DNA of 64,000 nt from Chloroflexota bacterium. GTDB taxonomy: Bacteria > Chloroflexota > UBA11872 > VXOZ01. Below are positions 51,034-60,627 of this stretch, piece after piece. A program made the position numbers and the translations under genes. The stretch's first letter is position 1. Each line of letters begins with the position of its first letter. Under the pieces are notes generated by a model that searched no databases, was not told the origin of the DNA, and saw only the letters and a program-made list of their open reading frames with translations. The DNA lies in assembly GCA_963662335.2 (NCBI GenBank), contig CAXXVD010000003.1, forward strand, positions 320,001 to 384,000, given 5' to 3'.

Positions 51034-51531
51034 ATGCGAACACCACTCTTGTCTCTCGTGGCGAACCTCGTTTTCTCAGTGCTCTTCGTACTGGTGACCC
51101 TGGAACTTCTGGCGGCAACTGGCCACAAAGACTTGTCAGGGTGGCCGCTAGTAGGCAATTGGGTAGGGACGTGGCCGACAGCGGCTTGGAAGTACCTTTT
51201 CCTTGTCAGTCTACTGTCCGTATTCAGCCTGGGTGCGGTTCTGCGATTTCCCAATCTGCTTGATCTCGCCGAACAGGTGTCCCAGTACCTAAGGGATTCA
51301 CCAGGAGAAGAAAGCCGGTTGGCAATCTTGACCAGTTTTGCTCTCCTTAGCCTTCGAATCCTCGTTGTAACCTCCCTTATCGTTTCGCCCATTGTATTGA
51401 TTGGAGCTTGGTACTTCCTTTTCCTTGAGGTGGACACGGAGAGACTCAACGGTTTTCAAGTGCTATACTCCATCTTGGCCTATGTATTCTATTTGTTCTA
51501 TGTCTGGCTGCAACGTAGAGCAGAGAATTAA
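51034..51531 (+). CDS. Hypothetical membrane protein (about 4 TM), lower-GC islet
   Basis: Four hydrophobic segments; atypical codon use. Confidence 0.6.
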   Translation: MRTPLLSLVANLVFSVLFVLVTLELLAATGHKDLSGWPLVGNWVGTWPTAAWKYLFLVSLLSVFSLGAVLRFPNLLDLAEQVSQYLRDSPGEESRLAILTSFALLSLRILVVTSLIVSPIVLIGAWYFLFLEVDTERLNGFQVLYSILAYVFYLFYVWLQRRAEN

Positions 51532-51544
51532 GGGATAGGAAGCG

Positions 51545-52090
51545 ATGGCATACCTTGGAATCGCCGCACTCGTTTTCTTTCTTGTCATCATTCCTTTGCT
51601 CTTGGTAGCAGTAACTGTTGCTGCTATTGCCGGTAAGGTACTGGCCAGAACTGCGAAACCTCGGCGCAAGCTGGAACAAGATGGAGAAAGGCCAACGAGC
51701 GGTCCGGCTACGAGAGCAGTTGAGACGCAACTATTTCAAGATAGGCCTAGCAATAGGGAAGGGGCTGGCGAACAGTCGGTAAGTCGGACTGGTTCGCAGC
51801 GTGATCGAAGTTCGGACTTGTCGCAGGAGGCGGGCGTATACACGGTGTATCTCAAGCTGCCAGTCAATTGGAACGATAGGGCCGAGGACAGTCCGCTCCC
51901 GTGGACAAGGCCCGCTCGCGAATTGGAACCGGATTGGGACAGGGTTGTTCGCAAACTGCTTTCCTCAAGCGATGAGCCATTCACCAACGGGATAGACAAG
52001 GCGGATGTGATTAAGGGGAGCGCTGCGAGCCCGACACGACGCCTCGCCCGTAGGTCTCGCAGCGTAGAGCGCGCTACACCTGCAAAATGA
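51545..52090 (+). CDS. Hypothetical membrane-anchored protein, lower-GC islet
   Basis: AGGA RBS; N-terminal TM helix, then polar tail. Confidence 0.6.
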   Translation: MAYLGIAALVFFLVIIPLLLVAVTVAAIAGKVLARTAKPRRKLEQDGERPTSGPATRAVETQLFQDRPSNREGAGEQSVSRTGSQRDRSSDLSQEAGVYTVYLKLPVNWNDRAEDSPLPWTRPARELEPDWDRVVRKLLSSSDEPFTNGIDKADVIKGSAASPTRRLARRSRSVERATPAK

Positions 52091-52932
52091 ATGCAACCAA
52101 TGACAAGTCTTCCGGCGCGCCAGCCCAACCTAGCCAGGATGATCTCGGCCAAGTCGACCAGATTTGCATTCTGTTGACACGCCTTGCGGGGGATATTGCG
52201 TCGAGGAGTTTTGAACCGGCAAGTGAAAAAGTCGCACTGATGCGGAGCACTCTCTTGCTCTGCGAGCCGCCGGCGCCAGGTCTAGCCCTAACGGTTCTTG
52301 CCTCGCAACACGTAGTTGGAACAGCCACGAGACTATCGCAGGGTGATGTGAAATCGCCTGAACGCGAATGGGACACGGTTTCCGCCGAATGCGAGACTGC
52401 GATCGTGTACATTACTCAGTCGCTGAAAAGCTCCGATAGCGTCGCGACATATAGAGGAGTTTTATCTTTTGTAATCGCAGTCGAGTGGTTGGTAGAGCGA
52501 CTGCATGGGCTGCATAGGGCGTGGGAGCCGGACGGAAGTCTTGATTTAGAAGCACACAGGGACAGGCTACAGTTGCTTGTGAAGCGAGCGTTTGCAGGCG
52601 GAGAATTAGACCAGTGTCTGCCCGCAAGACGCCCTGGGGGCTTGTACCTACTACGCGAAGAACTCTATGGCGCTGCATGGCTCACGGGGTCTCAACATCT
52701 CCGGCTGGCTTCATATCTCTTGACAAGCGTTGCCGGCAACATTGCCAGATCAGTACACGATGCGCAATGGGATGAGGACGACTGGGAAGACTGGGCGCGC
52801 AGGATACTGGTGGCTATGACACAACTCCAGAATGGCCTGGGAAATGAGGATTTGGGCGCAGTATTCTCCGCCTTGGACAGCCTGTGCCTCATTGCTACTC
52901 GCGTGAAGTTTCGAGGACTTCTCTACCTCTAG
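52087..52932 (+). CDS. Hypothetical alpha-helical protein with an internal duplication
   Basis: ATGA overlap with the upstream gene; LLTRLAGDIASRS vs LLTSVAGNIARSV. Confidence 0.6.
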   Translation: MNATNDKSSGAPAQPSQDDLGQVDQICILLTRLAGDIASRSFEPASEKVALMRSTLLLCEPPAPGLALTVLASQHVVGTATRLSQGDVKSPEREWDTVSAECETAIVYITQSLKSSDSVATYRGVLSFVIAVEWLVERLHGLHRAWEPDGSLDLEAHRDRLQLLVKRAFAGGELDQCLPARRPGGLYLLREELYGAAWLTGSQHLRLASYLLTSVAGNIARSVHDAQWDEDDWEDWARRILVAMTQLQNGLGNEDLGAVFSALDSLCLIATRVKFRGLLYL

Positions 52933-52954
52933 GGGAATTCACTCTACCTTAACC

Positions 52955-53632
52955 TTGTACGACTATCTTCGCCATCGCATTCAGTTAGAGCACTCGGCGG
53001 CGCGGCGCGTTGCCGTCAGCGGTTTGCTGGCGGGCCTCGCGGTGCCAGCCGTAGTCTGGCTGGCGGCAATTTTCCTCAGCCGCTGGGTGTCGTGGCTGAC
53101 GGGCGCTTTGCTGTGGATAGCGTTAGGCGCGGTGGTTTATCTGAGTCTGGCCGGCGCGCTGGCGGCGCTGGCCAACCAGCGCGTCAGCCGGCGCAATGAC
53201 TTCGGTCTCGTCGCCGGGGCGGCGACCCTGCTCATCCTCTGCCTGCCGCTCGGCTTGCTGGTGTCGGAGACGATCACCGCGGGCGCCAACGCCGGCTTTG
53301 CGGCGAACCTCCGCGCCATGTTGTCGCTTGCGACACTCCTGGAGGCGGCCTTTCCGACTCTTCTCGCTGGCCTGCTGCTGACCACGGCGTGGGCGGCGCT
53401 GCTGGTGCCCTGCATGGCGTGGCTGAACGACGCCGACTGGCAGACGATCATGGACCGCATGGTGAACGAGACCTACCACCGGGACTGGCTGGCCTACAAC
53501 CAGAATTTCATCGACCAGAAGAAGATCGCCTACTACCTCAAGACCGGCCAACAAGAGAAAGCGGCCGCTTTGGAAGCCGCGGCCGCCGAGCGTGCCCGGC
53601 ACGTGCCGCCGCGGGGCGCGCCCGATGGCTGA
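52955..53632 (+). CDS. Hypothetical membrane protein
   Basis: About four TM segments plus soluble C-terminus; host-like codon use. Confidence 0.6.
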   Translation: MYDYLRHRIQLEHSAARRVAVSGLLAGLAVPAVVWLAAIFLSRWVSWLTGALLWIALGAVVYLSLAGALAALANQRVSRRNDFGLVAGAATLLILCLPLGLLVSETITAGANAGFAANLRAMLSLATLLEAAFPTLLAGLLLTTAWAALLVPCMAWLNDADWQTIMDRMVNETYHRDWLAYNQNFIDQKKIAYYLKTGQQEKAAALEAAAAERARHVPPRGAPDG

Positions 53633-54317
53633 GGCCGCGCTGCGCTGGCTGCGCGGGTTTCTGCGCGCGCGTTCCTGGGGTCCGGAACTTGCGTTTCTCG
53701 CGCTCGCGTTGGTCTTGAGCGCCGCGGCCCTGCCGGGCGAGCCGCTGCCGCTCGACGTCCCGCTGGGCGCGGCAATCCAAGCCTGGCAATTCCCGCTCTT
53801 GGAGCCGGCGCTGTGGGCAATCAGCGAGGTAGGCCGGTTCCGCATCGCGGCGCCGGTTACGGCCGGCGTCGTTATCGCGCTCGCGGCTGCCGGTTGGCGG
53901 TGGCAGGCGCTCACGCTCGGCGCCGCAGCGCTCACCGGACAGGGGTTGAGCCATTTGCTCAAGGCGGTCATAGCCAGGCCGCGACCGGAACTGGCGGCAG
54001 ACCAGTTCGCCGCGCTAGGCGTGGATTCCCATGCCTTTCCCAGCGGCCACGCCCTGTCGTCAGCGATCTTCTACGGCTTCTTTGCCGCTTTGCTCTGGCA
54101 GCGCGTCCAGCGGCCGTGGCTGCGCCGGCTTGGCGCCGGCGTCATGCTCACCATGATCGTGCTGGTGGGCATATCCCGCGTCTACCTGGGCGTGCACTGG
54201 CCGAGCGACGTGGCGGGAGGCTACGCCATCGGCATCCTCTGGCTCCTGCTCTGGACGCGCGCGCAACGGGCCTGGGCCGCTGCCGGGCGAGACGGCGGGG
54301 CGGAGGCGCGCGCATGA
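53625..54317 (+). CDS. PAP2-family phosphatase
   Basis: KAVIARPRP, FPSGH, SRVYLGVHWPSDV. Confidence 0.9.
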   Translation: MAEAALRWLRGFLRARSWGPELAFLALALVLSAAALPGEPLPLDVPLGAAIQAWQFPLLEPALWAISEVGRFRIAAPVTAGVVIALAAAGWRWQALTLGAAALTGQGLSHLLKAVIARPRPELAADQFAALGVDSHAFPSGHALSSAIFYGFFAALLWQRVQRPWLRRLGAGVMLTMIVLVGISRVYLGVHWPSDVAGGYAIGILWLLLWTRAQRAWAAAGRDGGAEARA

Positions 54318-54413
54318 AGAGACGCGGACAAGGGGCGGTTAGTCAGCGTCCACGCGCAGGCGCGCGCCAATGGCAGACACCCGCAGCGCCTTGCTCAGGC
54401 GGGGGATAAGCCC

Positions 54414-54549
54414 TAATGCAATCGCATCAAACGTAATGGCAATGAGAACCACGTCTCACATCTCCGGTAACGCAGGTCTGCAAACCTGCGACGCTGTAGG
54501 GTCGATCTTTTGCGTGTTTTCTTCTCTCGCTCCGGCGGGGGACAAGCCC
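54414..54549 (+). mobile_element. Diverged outer copy of the IS4-like MITE (left part), interrupted at its internal REP
   Basis: Follows GGGATAAGCCC; begins TAATGCAATCGCATCAA; internal REP at the same offset (about 120 bp) as in the inner copy. Confidence 0.65.
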
Positions 54550-54711
54550 TAATGGTGTCGCACTAAACAAAAAGACAGCAAAACTCGCGTCCCAGACTTC
54601 TGGTAGCGCAGGTTTGTAACCTGCGAATCTGTTGAGTCAATCCTGTGCGTGTCAGTTTCAATGGCTCCGGCGGGGGACAAGCCCCCGCGCTACGTTAATG
54701 CGACAACATTG
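54550..54711 (+). mobile_element. 162-bp IS4-like MITE inserted in a family B REP
   Basis: TIRs TAATGGTGTCGCACTAA / TTAATGCGACAACATTG; exact 11-bp flanking duplication GGGACAAGCCC (54539-54549, 54712-54722). Confidence 0.85.
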
Positions 54712-54848
54712 GGGACAAGCCCGCGCGCTACGTTCTTGGGATAACAGCGATTGCCGCCTCTGCATAACCGCGCGGGAGAATCCCGCAAGCGCCGCCTCTC
54801 CCGACTTGTAGCGCGCGCGCCGAATGGCTAGAATAGTGTGGGTAGACT

Positions 54849-54866
54849 TTGTGTCTACTTTCACAC
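54849..54866. promoter_or_regulatory. Rex/CRP-like site upstream of ctaC
   Basis: TTGTGTC-TACT-TTCACAC. Confidence 0.45.
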
Positions 54867-55128
54867 GGGAGAGCGAATGAGAGCACAAGAGCGCCGTGCG
54901 CGCCGGCCTGCCGTTGCAGCGGGGCGGCCATGCGCTCGCACCCTCTCGCCACGGTATCGTCTACATGGGAGCAAACACAACTAATGGCTGGGTCATGCCA
55001 TCGCTGCGCGGCAGAGCGGCGGTTCTCCGTTCGAGATCTTTGTCTTTGCAACGCCAGCAGCGGAGAATCCTCCGTCATAGGGACAGGCGGGAACCGGGAC
55101 CCGGTACGCCGCCAGGAGGCAGCGTAGC

Positions 55129-56169
55129 ATGCCTTCGGTAAATCACGCCGCGGCCCGGCGGCTCTTGCGCATAGCCGGACTTGCCGCCGCCGGCGCGCTC
55201 GGCGTTGCCGTCCTGGCCGGCTGCGGCGCGGTGGACACGCCGCAGACCATGCTCTTTCCGCGCTCGGACAACAACCAGGTCATCAGCGGCCTCTTTGCCC
55301 CGTTGACCTGGCTGGCGATCGTCATCTTCATCATCGTCCAGGGCTTGCTGCTCTATTCGGTCTACCGCTTCCGCGTGCGCGACGACGACGACAGCATCCC
55401 GCCGCAGGTGCACGGCAATACGCGCCTGGAGATTGCCTGGACGATCGCGCCGTCGATCGTCGTCGTCATCATGCTCATCCTCACGTACCAGGCCATGGCG
55501 AAAATCGAAGCCGCGCCGCCGGACGACGCCCTGCGGGTGCGTGTCATCGGCCACCAGTGGTGGTGGGAAGTCCACTATCCCGACCTGGACCTGGTGACCG
55601 CCAACGAGATTCACATTCCGATCGACCGCCCGGTCTACTTCGAGCTTGAGTCCAACGACGTCATTCACTCCTTCTGGGTGCCGCGGCTCATGGGCAAACG
55701 CGACCTGATGCCGGGCTCCACCAACACCATCTGGTTCACGCCGACTGAAGAGGGCCTCTACCTGGGCCAGTGCGCCGAATACTGCGGCACGGCCCACGCG
55801 CAGATGCGCTACCACGTGGTGGTGGAGTCGGAGACCGCCTTCAACAAGTGGGTCGCCAGGCAGCGGCAGGACGCTGTGGAAGTGACCGGCGACGCCGCCG
55901 AAGGCGCGCAACTCTTCGTCAGCCGCGCCTGCGTCACGTGCCACACCATTCGCGGCACCGACGCCATCGGCACCATCGGCCCGGACCTTACCCACGTCGC
56001 CAGCCGCGCGTTCATCGCCGGCGGCATCATGGAGAACAACCGGGACAACGTCTCGGCCTGGCTGCGGGACCCGCTGGGACTGAAACCGGGCAACAAGATG
56101 ATCCTGCCGATCGAGTTGAGCGAAGAGGACATCCGCTTGCTGACGGCGTACGTGATGGCGCTCAAGTAG
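55129..56169 (+). CDS. ctaC: Cytochrome c oxidase subunit II with fused cytochrome c (caa3-type)
   Basis: Lipobox LAGC; HGNTRLEIAWT, GHQWWW, DVIHSFWVP, CAEYCGTAHAQM (CuA), CVTCH heme c. Confidence 0.95.
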   Translation: MPSVNHAAARRLLRIAGLAAAGALGVAVLAGCGAVDTPQTMLFPRSDNNQVISGLFAPLTWLAIVIFIIVQGLLLYSVYRFRVRDDDDSIPPQVHGNTRLEIAWTIAPSIVVVIMLILTYQAMAKIEAAPPDDALRVRVIGHQWWWEVHYPDLDLVTANEIHIPIDRPVYFELESNDVIHSFWVPRLMGKRDLMPGSTNTIWFTPTEEGLYLGQCAEYCGTAHAQMRYHVVVESETAFNKWVARQRQDAVEVTGDAAEGAQLFVSRACVTCHTIRGTDAIGTIGPDLTHVASRAFIAGGIMENNRDNVSAWLRDPLGLKPGNKMILPIELSEEDIRLLTAYVMALK

Positions 56170-56180
56170 CGGCGGCAAGA

Positions 56181-56198
56181 TTGTGAAAATGCTCACAA
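56181..56198. promoter_or_regulatory. Rex-like operator between ctaC and ctaD
   Basis: TTGTGAA-AATG-CTCACAA, one mismatch to TTGTGAA-N4-TTCACAA. Confidence 0.6.
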
Positions 56199-56283
56199 AC
56201 ATTGTACTATTGGAGCGGACGGTACCGCGCGTATACTTTGGTAGAGCGGGTACGCTCACGCTTGGGCAGCGAGGAGTCGCGGC

Positions 56284-58158
56284 ATGGCAACGGTAACAGA
56301 CGTACGCACACAGGAACGGGTTTCCACCGGCGCGGCGGTCTGGAGTTGGGTCACCACCATCGACCACAAGCGCATCGGCGTGCTCTATTTCGTCACGTCG
56401 CTCATCTACTTCCTGGTTGCCGGTTTCGAGGCGTTGCTCATCCGGCTGCAACTCGCCACGCCGGACGGCCAGATACTCGACTCCGACCTGTACAACCAGC
56501 TTTTCACCATGCACGGCACGGCCATGGTCTTCATGGTGGCCATGCCCATGGCCGCGGCCTTCTTCAACTTTCTCATTCCGCTCATGATTGGCGCGCGCGA
56601 CGTGGCCTTTCCGCGCCTCAACGCCTTCAGCTACTGGACGTTCCTCGGCGGCAGCCTGCTCATGCACAGCAGCTTCCTCTTCGGCCAAGCGCCCGACGGC
56701 GGCTGGTTCGGCTACGCCAATCTGACCACCAAAGAGTATTCCCCCGGCCTCAGCATCGACTTCTGGGGCCTCGGCCTGCTGGTGCTCGGTGTGGCGTCGG
56801 TGGCGGCGGCGCTGAACTTCATCATCACGATCATCAACCTGCGCGCGCCGGGCATGACCCTGATGCGCATGCCGGTGTTCGTCTGGATGACATTCGTAAC
56901 CTCATTCCTGATCATCTTCGCCTTTCCCGCCATTACGGCCGCGCTCATCTTCCTGGAATTCGACCGCCTCTTTGGCACGAACTTCTACGAGGTGGCCGAG
57001 GGCGGCGACCCGATGCTCTGGCAGCACCTCTTCTGGGTCTTCGGACACCCGGAGGTCTACATCCTGGTCTTGCCGGGGTTCGGCATCGCCTCGGAAATCC
57101 TGCCCACGTTCTCGCGCAAGCCGATCTTCGGCTACAGCGCCATGGTCTTTGCCGCGGTGTCGATCGGCTTCCTGGGCTTCAGCGTGTGGGCGCACCACAT
57201 GTTCACCACCGGCATGGGCACGATCGCCGACGCCGCGTTCGCCGGTTCCACCATGCTCATCGCCATTCCCACCGGCATCAAGATGTTCAACTGGGTGGCC
57301 ACGTGCTTTGGCGGCCGCATCCGCCTGACCACGCCCATGCTCTTTGCGCTGGGATTCCTGACCACGTTCCTCATTGGCGGCCTGACCGGCCCGATGTTGG
57401 CGGCGGTGCCGCTGGACCTGCACTTCCAGGATAGTTACTTCGTGGTCGGGCACTTCCACTACGTGTTGTTTGGCGGCCTCATCCTGGCCCTGATGGGCGG
57501 CGTCTACTACTGGTATCCCAAGATTACCGGCCGCATGATGAGCGAGAAGATTGGCAAGGTGCACTTCTGGCTCATGTTCCTGAGCATGAACTTCACCTTT
57601 TTCCCGATGCACTTCGTGGGCCTGGACGGCATGCCGCGCCGCGTGGGCACCTATGCCCCCGGCATGGGCTGGGAATTCTGGAACATGTTCATCACCATCA
57701 GCGCCTTTGGCATCGGCCTGTCGATTTTGGTGTTCCTGCACAACTTCGTCGTCAGCTACAAGAAAGGCGAACCCGCCGGCGCCGACCCGTGGGACGCGCG
57801 CACGTTGGAGTGGGCGATTCCCAGCCCGCCGCCGGAGCACAACTTCGATGAAATTCCCCTGGTCACCCACCGCGACCAGGTGTGGTACGACAAGTACGGC
57901 GAGGGCCACGGCAGCGCGGCGGAACTGAGCAAGACCGGCACAGCCGTTGCCGAGCGGGCCGACGATGAGCACGAGGAAGTGGACGTCCACATGCCGAATC
58001 CGTCGTACTGGCCGCTGCTGGTCGGCGCGGGCCTGACAATCGCGGCGGCCGGCTTGATGATCCACATTCTCGTGGCGGTGTTTGGCGTGGCGTGGACGGT
58101 TGTCGCAATCTACGCCTGGTCGCTGGAACCCGCCTCCGACCCGCCCAACGAACACTAG
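56284..58158 (+). CDS. ctaD: Cytochrome c oxidase subunit I
   Basis: DHKRIG, TMHG, AFPRLN, WVFGHPEVY, WAHHMF, HFHY. Confidence 0.97.
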   Translation: MATVTDVRTQERVSTGAAVWSWVTTIDHKRIGVLYFVTSLIYFLVAGFEALLIRLQLATPDGQILDSDLYNQLFTMHGTAMVFMVAMPMAAAFFNFLIPLMIGARDVAFPRLNAFSYWTFLGGSLLMHSSFLFGQAPDGGWFGYANLTTKEYSPGLSIDFWGLGLLVLGVASVAAALNFIITIINLRAPGMTLMRMPVFVWMTFVTSFLIIFAFPAITAALIFLEFDRLFGTNFYEVAEGGDPMLWQHLFWVFGHPEVYILVLPGFGIASEILPTFSRKPIFGYSAMVFAAVSIGFLGFSVWAHHMFTTGMGTIADAAFAGSTMLIAIPTGIKMFNWVATCFGGRIRLTTPMLFALGFLTTFLIGGLTGPMLAAVPLDLHFQDSYFVVGHFHYVLFGGLILALMGGVYYWYPKITGRMMSEKIGKVHFWLMFLSMNFTFFPMHFVGLDGMPRRVGTYAPGMGWEFWNMFITISAFGIGLSILVFLHNFVVSYKKGEPAGADPWDARTLEWAIPSPPPEHNFDEIPLVTHRDQVWYDKYGEGHGSAAELSKTGTAVAERADDEHEEVDVHMPNPSYWPLLVGAGLTIAAAGLMIHILVAVFGVAWTVVAIYAWSLEPASDPPNEH

Positions 58159-58217
58159 CGATGAAACACCGGAACACAGTCACTTTGATCAAGGGCTAGC
58201 GTGAGGAGAATCTCTGC

Positions 58218-58850
58218 ATGAGCGAGGCAGCACTCGCCCACGAGGCGCATGAAGAGCATCCAACGTCCACGGGTCTGAACCACCGCAAGATACTCATGTG
58301 GGCCTTCCTCGGCTCGGAGTGCATCTTCTTCGGTTCCCTGATCACCACCTACCTGGTCTACCGGGGCAAGAGCGTCGTCGGCCCGTATCCCAGCGAAATT
58401 CTCAACATCCCGCTCACGTCGGTCAGCACGTTCGTGCTGCTCATGAGCAGTTTGGCGATGGTGCTGGCGCTGGCGGGCTTCGAACGCGCGGCGGGGTCCG
58501 GCGCGGACGAAGAGCGCCGCAGCCGCGAGTTGAAGAAGGGACGCTTCTGGCTGCTCATGACGGCGGTGCTCGGCACCGGCTTCCTGGGCTTCCAGGTCTA
58601 CGAATTCTATGAATTCGTGCACCACGGCCTGGGGCTTACGACCAATCTCTTCGGCACCACCTTCTACGTGCTCACGGGCTTTCACGGCACGCACGTGGGC
58701 GTCGGCGTGCTCTGGCTGGTTTCTATCCTGGTGTTGAGCTACTTCGGCAAGGTGAAGCCGCTTGACGTGGAATTGGGCGGCCTCTACTGGCACTTCGTGG
58801 ACATCGTTTGGATTATCATCTTTACCTTGATCTATCTGATTCCGCATTGA
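58218..58850 (+). CDS. ctaE: Cytochrome c oxidase subunit III
   Basis: WAFLGSE, TGFHGTHV, GLYWHFVDIVW. Confidence 0.95.
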   Translation: MSEAALAHEAHEEHPTSTGLNHRKILMWAFLGSECIFFGSLITTYLVYRGKSVVGPYPSEILNIPLTSVSTFVLLMSSLAMVLALAGFERAAGSGADEERRSRELKKGRFWLLMTAVLGTGFLGFQVYEFYEFVHHGLGLTTNLFGTTFYVLTGFHGTHVGVGVLWLVSILVLSYFGKVKPLDVELGGLYWHFVDIVWIIIFTLIYLIPH

Positions 58851-58863
58851 GTGGGGGCGAATA

Positions 58864-59222
58864 CCGTAGCGCGGGGGCTTGTCCCGCCATCGGGATGCAA
58901 GGGGCGTCCACAAAGACCGTTCGCCCTGAGCCTGTCGAAGGGTGAACGGCGCTGCGAGGCACGGAGAAGATGAATGCCCGCGTGCCCGGGCATGACGACT
59001 GGATGCCGTAGCGCGGAGGCTTGTCCCGCCATCGGGATGCAAGGGGCGTCCACAAAGACCGTTCGCCCTGAGCCTGTCGAAGGGTGAACGGCGCTGCGAG
59101 GCACGGAGAAGATGAATGCCCGCGTGCCCGGGCATGACGACTGGATGCCGTAGCGCGGGGGCTTGTCCCCCGCCTTTGCCGACGCAGGACGAAGACGGCT
59201 TCCCGCTTGCGCGGGAATGACG
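58864..59222. repeat. Mosaic (BIME-like) repeat: two 142-bp units plus a terminal REP and a family D palindrome
   Basis: Units begin at 58864, 59006 and 59148; each full unit holds family B, C and D motifs. Confidence 0.9.
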
Positions 59223-59308
59223 GATTGTTGCGCGCGGACAAGACGGTCTGTTGCGCAGGGGCTTGGCGGCGCGCCGAGGGCCGCACCCGTTAGCGTGAGG
59301 AGAAAAGA

Positions 59309-59629
59309 ATGAGCACAGAAGCAACCCATGCCAATGAGGCCCATGCCGATGAGGCTCACGCCACCACCGGCCATTACGTTCGCATTGCCATTGTCCTTAC
59401 CGTCCTCACCATCCTGGAAGTCGCCACGTACTACCTGGACATCCCGTTTGGGATTCTGGTGCCGCTGCTGCTGGCGCTGGCCGGCCTGAAGTTCGGCCTG
59501 GTTGTCGCCTACTACATGCACTTGCGCTACGATAGCAAGCTCTTCTCCGGCTTCTTCTTCTTTGGCTTCACCATCGAGATTCTCCTGCTGGTCGCGCTTA
59601 CGGTCCTCTTTGGCGTCCGCTCAGGATAA
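59309..59629 (+). CDS. ctaF: Cytochrome c oxidase subunit IV
   Basis: LTILE, KFGLVVAYYMHLRYD; operon position. Confidence 0.88.
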   Translation: MSTEATHANEAHADEAHATTGHYVRIAIVLTVLTILEVATYYLDIPFGILVPLLLALAGLKFGLVVAYYMHLRYDSKLFSGFFFFGFTIEILLLVALTVLFGVRSG

Positions 59630-60501
59630 TGGTCGGCGCGCTGACCACTCTGGCGGTTGGGGCAAGCTGCGGGCTGGCCGCTCTCTTCTACGCCGTCGGC
59701 GTAACCCGCGCGCAACGGCTGGGCCGCGCCACGCCGCCGCCGTGGCGGCGCATCTCGTTCGGCGCGGGCATCGCGCTGGTGCTCATCGCCCTCATCGGGC
59801 CGGTGGATACGCTCTCCGGCCAGTATTTCACCATGCACATGGCGCAGCACCTGCTGCTGGTGCTCATCGCGCCGCCGCTGCTGCTGCTGGGCGCGCCGGT
59901 GGTGATGGTGCTGCGGGGACTGCCGCCGTTTCTGCAACGGCCGGTATTCGTCACGGTAGCGCGCAACCGGGTCATGCGCCGCGTCACGCGCACGCTGCTG
60001 CACTCCCACGTGGCGCTCGGCCTCTTTCTGGCCACGCTCTGGCTCTGGCACGTGCCGCAACTCTATTCGGCGGCGGTGACCGACGACTTCGTGCACCTGC
60101 TGGAACACACGGCGTTCTTCTGGCCGGCCGTCTTCTTCTGGTGGAACGTGGTCGATTCGTGGCCGTTTCGCGCCCGCCTTTCCGCGCCGCGCCGCCTGCT
60201 CTACATCTTCCTGGCCACGGCGGGGCTCAAGCTGGTGGGGGTCTTGATTACGGTCTCCGGCCAGGTGCTCTACACCGCCTACTTGCTGCCGCGCGACGGC
60301 ACGGCGTTCGCCGCGCTGGACGACCAACGCATTGGCGGCTTGATCATGTGGATGGGCGGCGGCCTCTACATGCTGCTGCCGCTGGCGATCATCTTCTTCC
60401 GCTGGGCGCAGCAGGACGCGCAGGCCGAGCCGCCAACGCCGGGCCGCGAGACGCCGGGCGCGGCCGTCGCGCCGTCGCGGAACTACCACCAACCGCTCTA
60501 G
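59629..60501 (+). CDS. ctaG: caa3 assembly factor CtaG
   Basis: FTMHMAQHLLLVLIAPPLLLLG, WHVP.LY, HLLEH, DQRIGGLIMW. Confidence 0.9.
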   Translation: MVGALTTLAVGASCGLAALFYAVGVTRAQRLGRATPPPWRRISFGAGIALVLIALIGPVDTLSGQYFTMHMAQHLLLVLIAPPLLLLGAPVVMVLRGLPPFLQRPVFVTVARNRVMRRVTRTLLHSHVALGLFLATLWLWHVPQLYSAAVTDDFVHLLEHTAFFWPAVFFWWNVVDSWPFRARLSAPRRLLYIFLATAGLKLVGVLITVSGQVLYTAYLLPRDGTAFAALDDQRIGGLIMWMGGGLYMLLPLAIIFFRWAQQDAQAEPPTPGRETPGAAVAPSRNYHQPL

Positions 60502-60627
60502 TCCGCGCGCGCTTACGTGGCTAAGATAAGCGAGGTTAGCGCTCCCACGTGTTCGAGACCGTTCTCCACGTGCCGCGCGCCCGGGCCCCACTCTCGCGCG
60601 ACTGCTGGCTCGCGTTCGAACCCAGAG

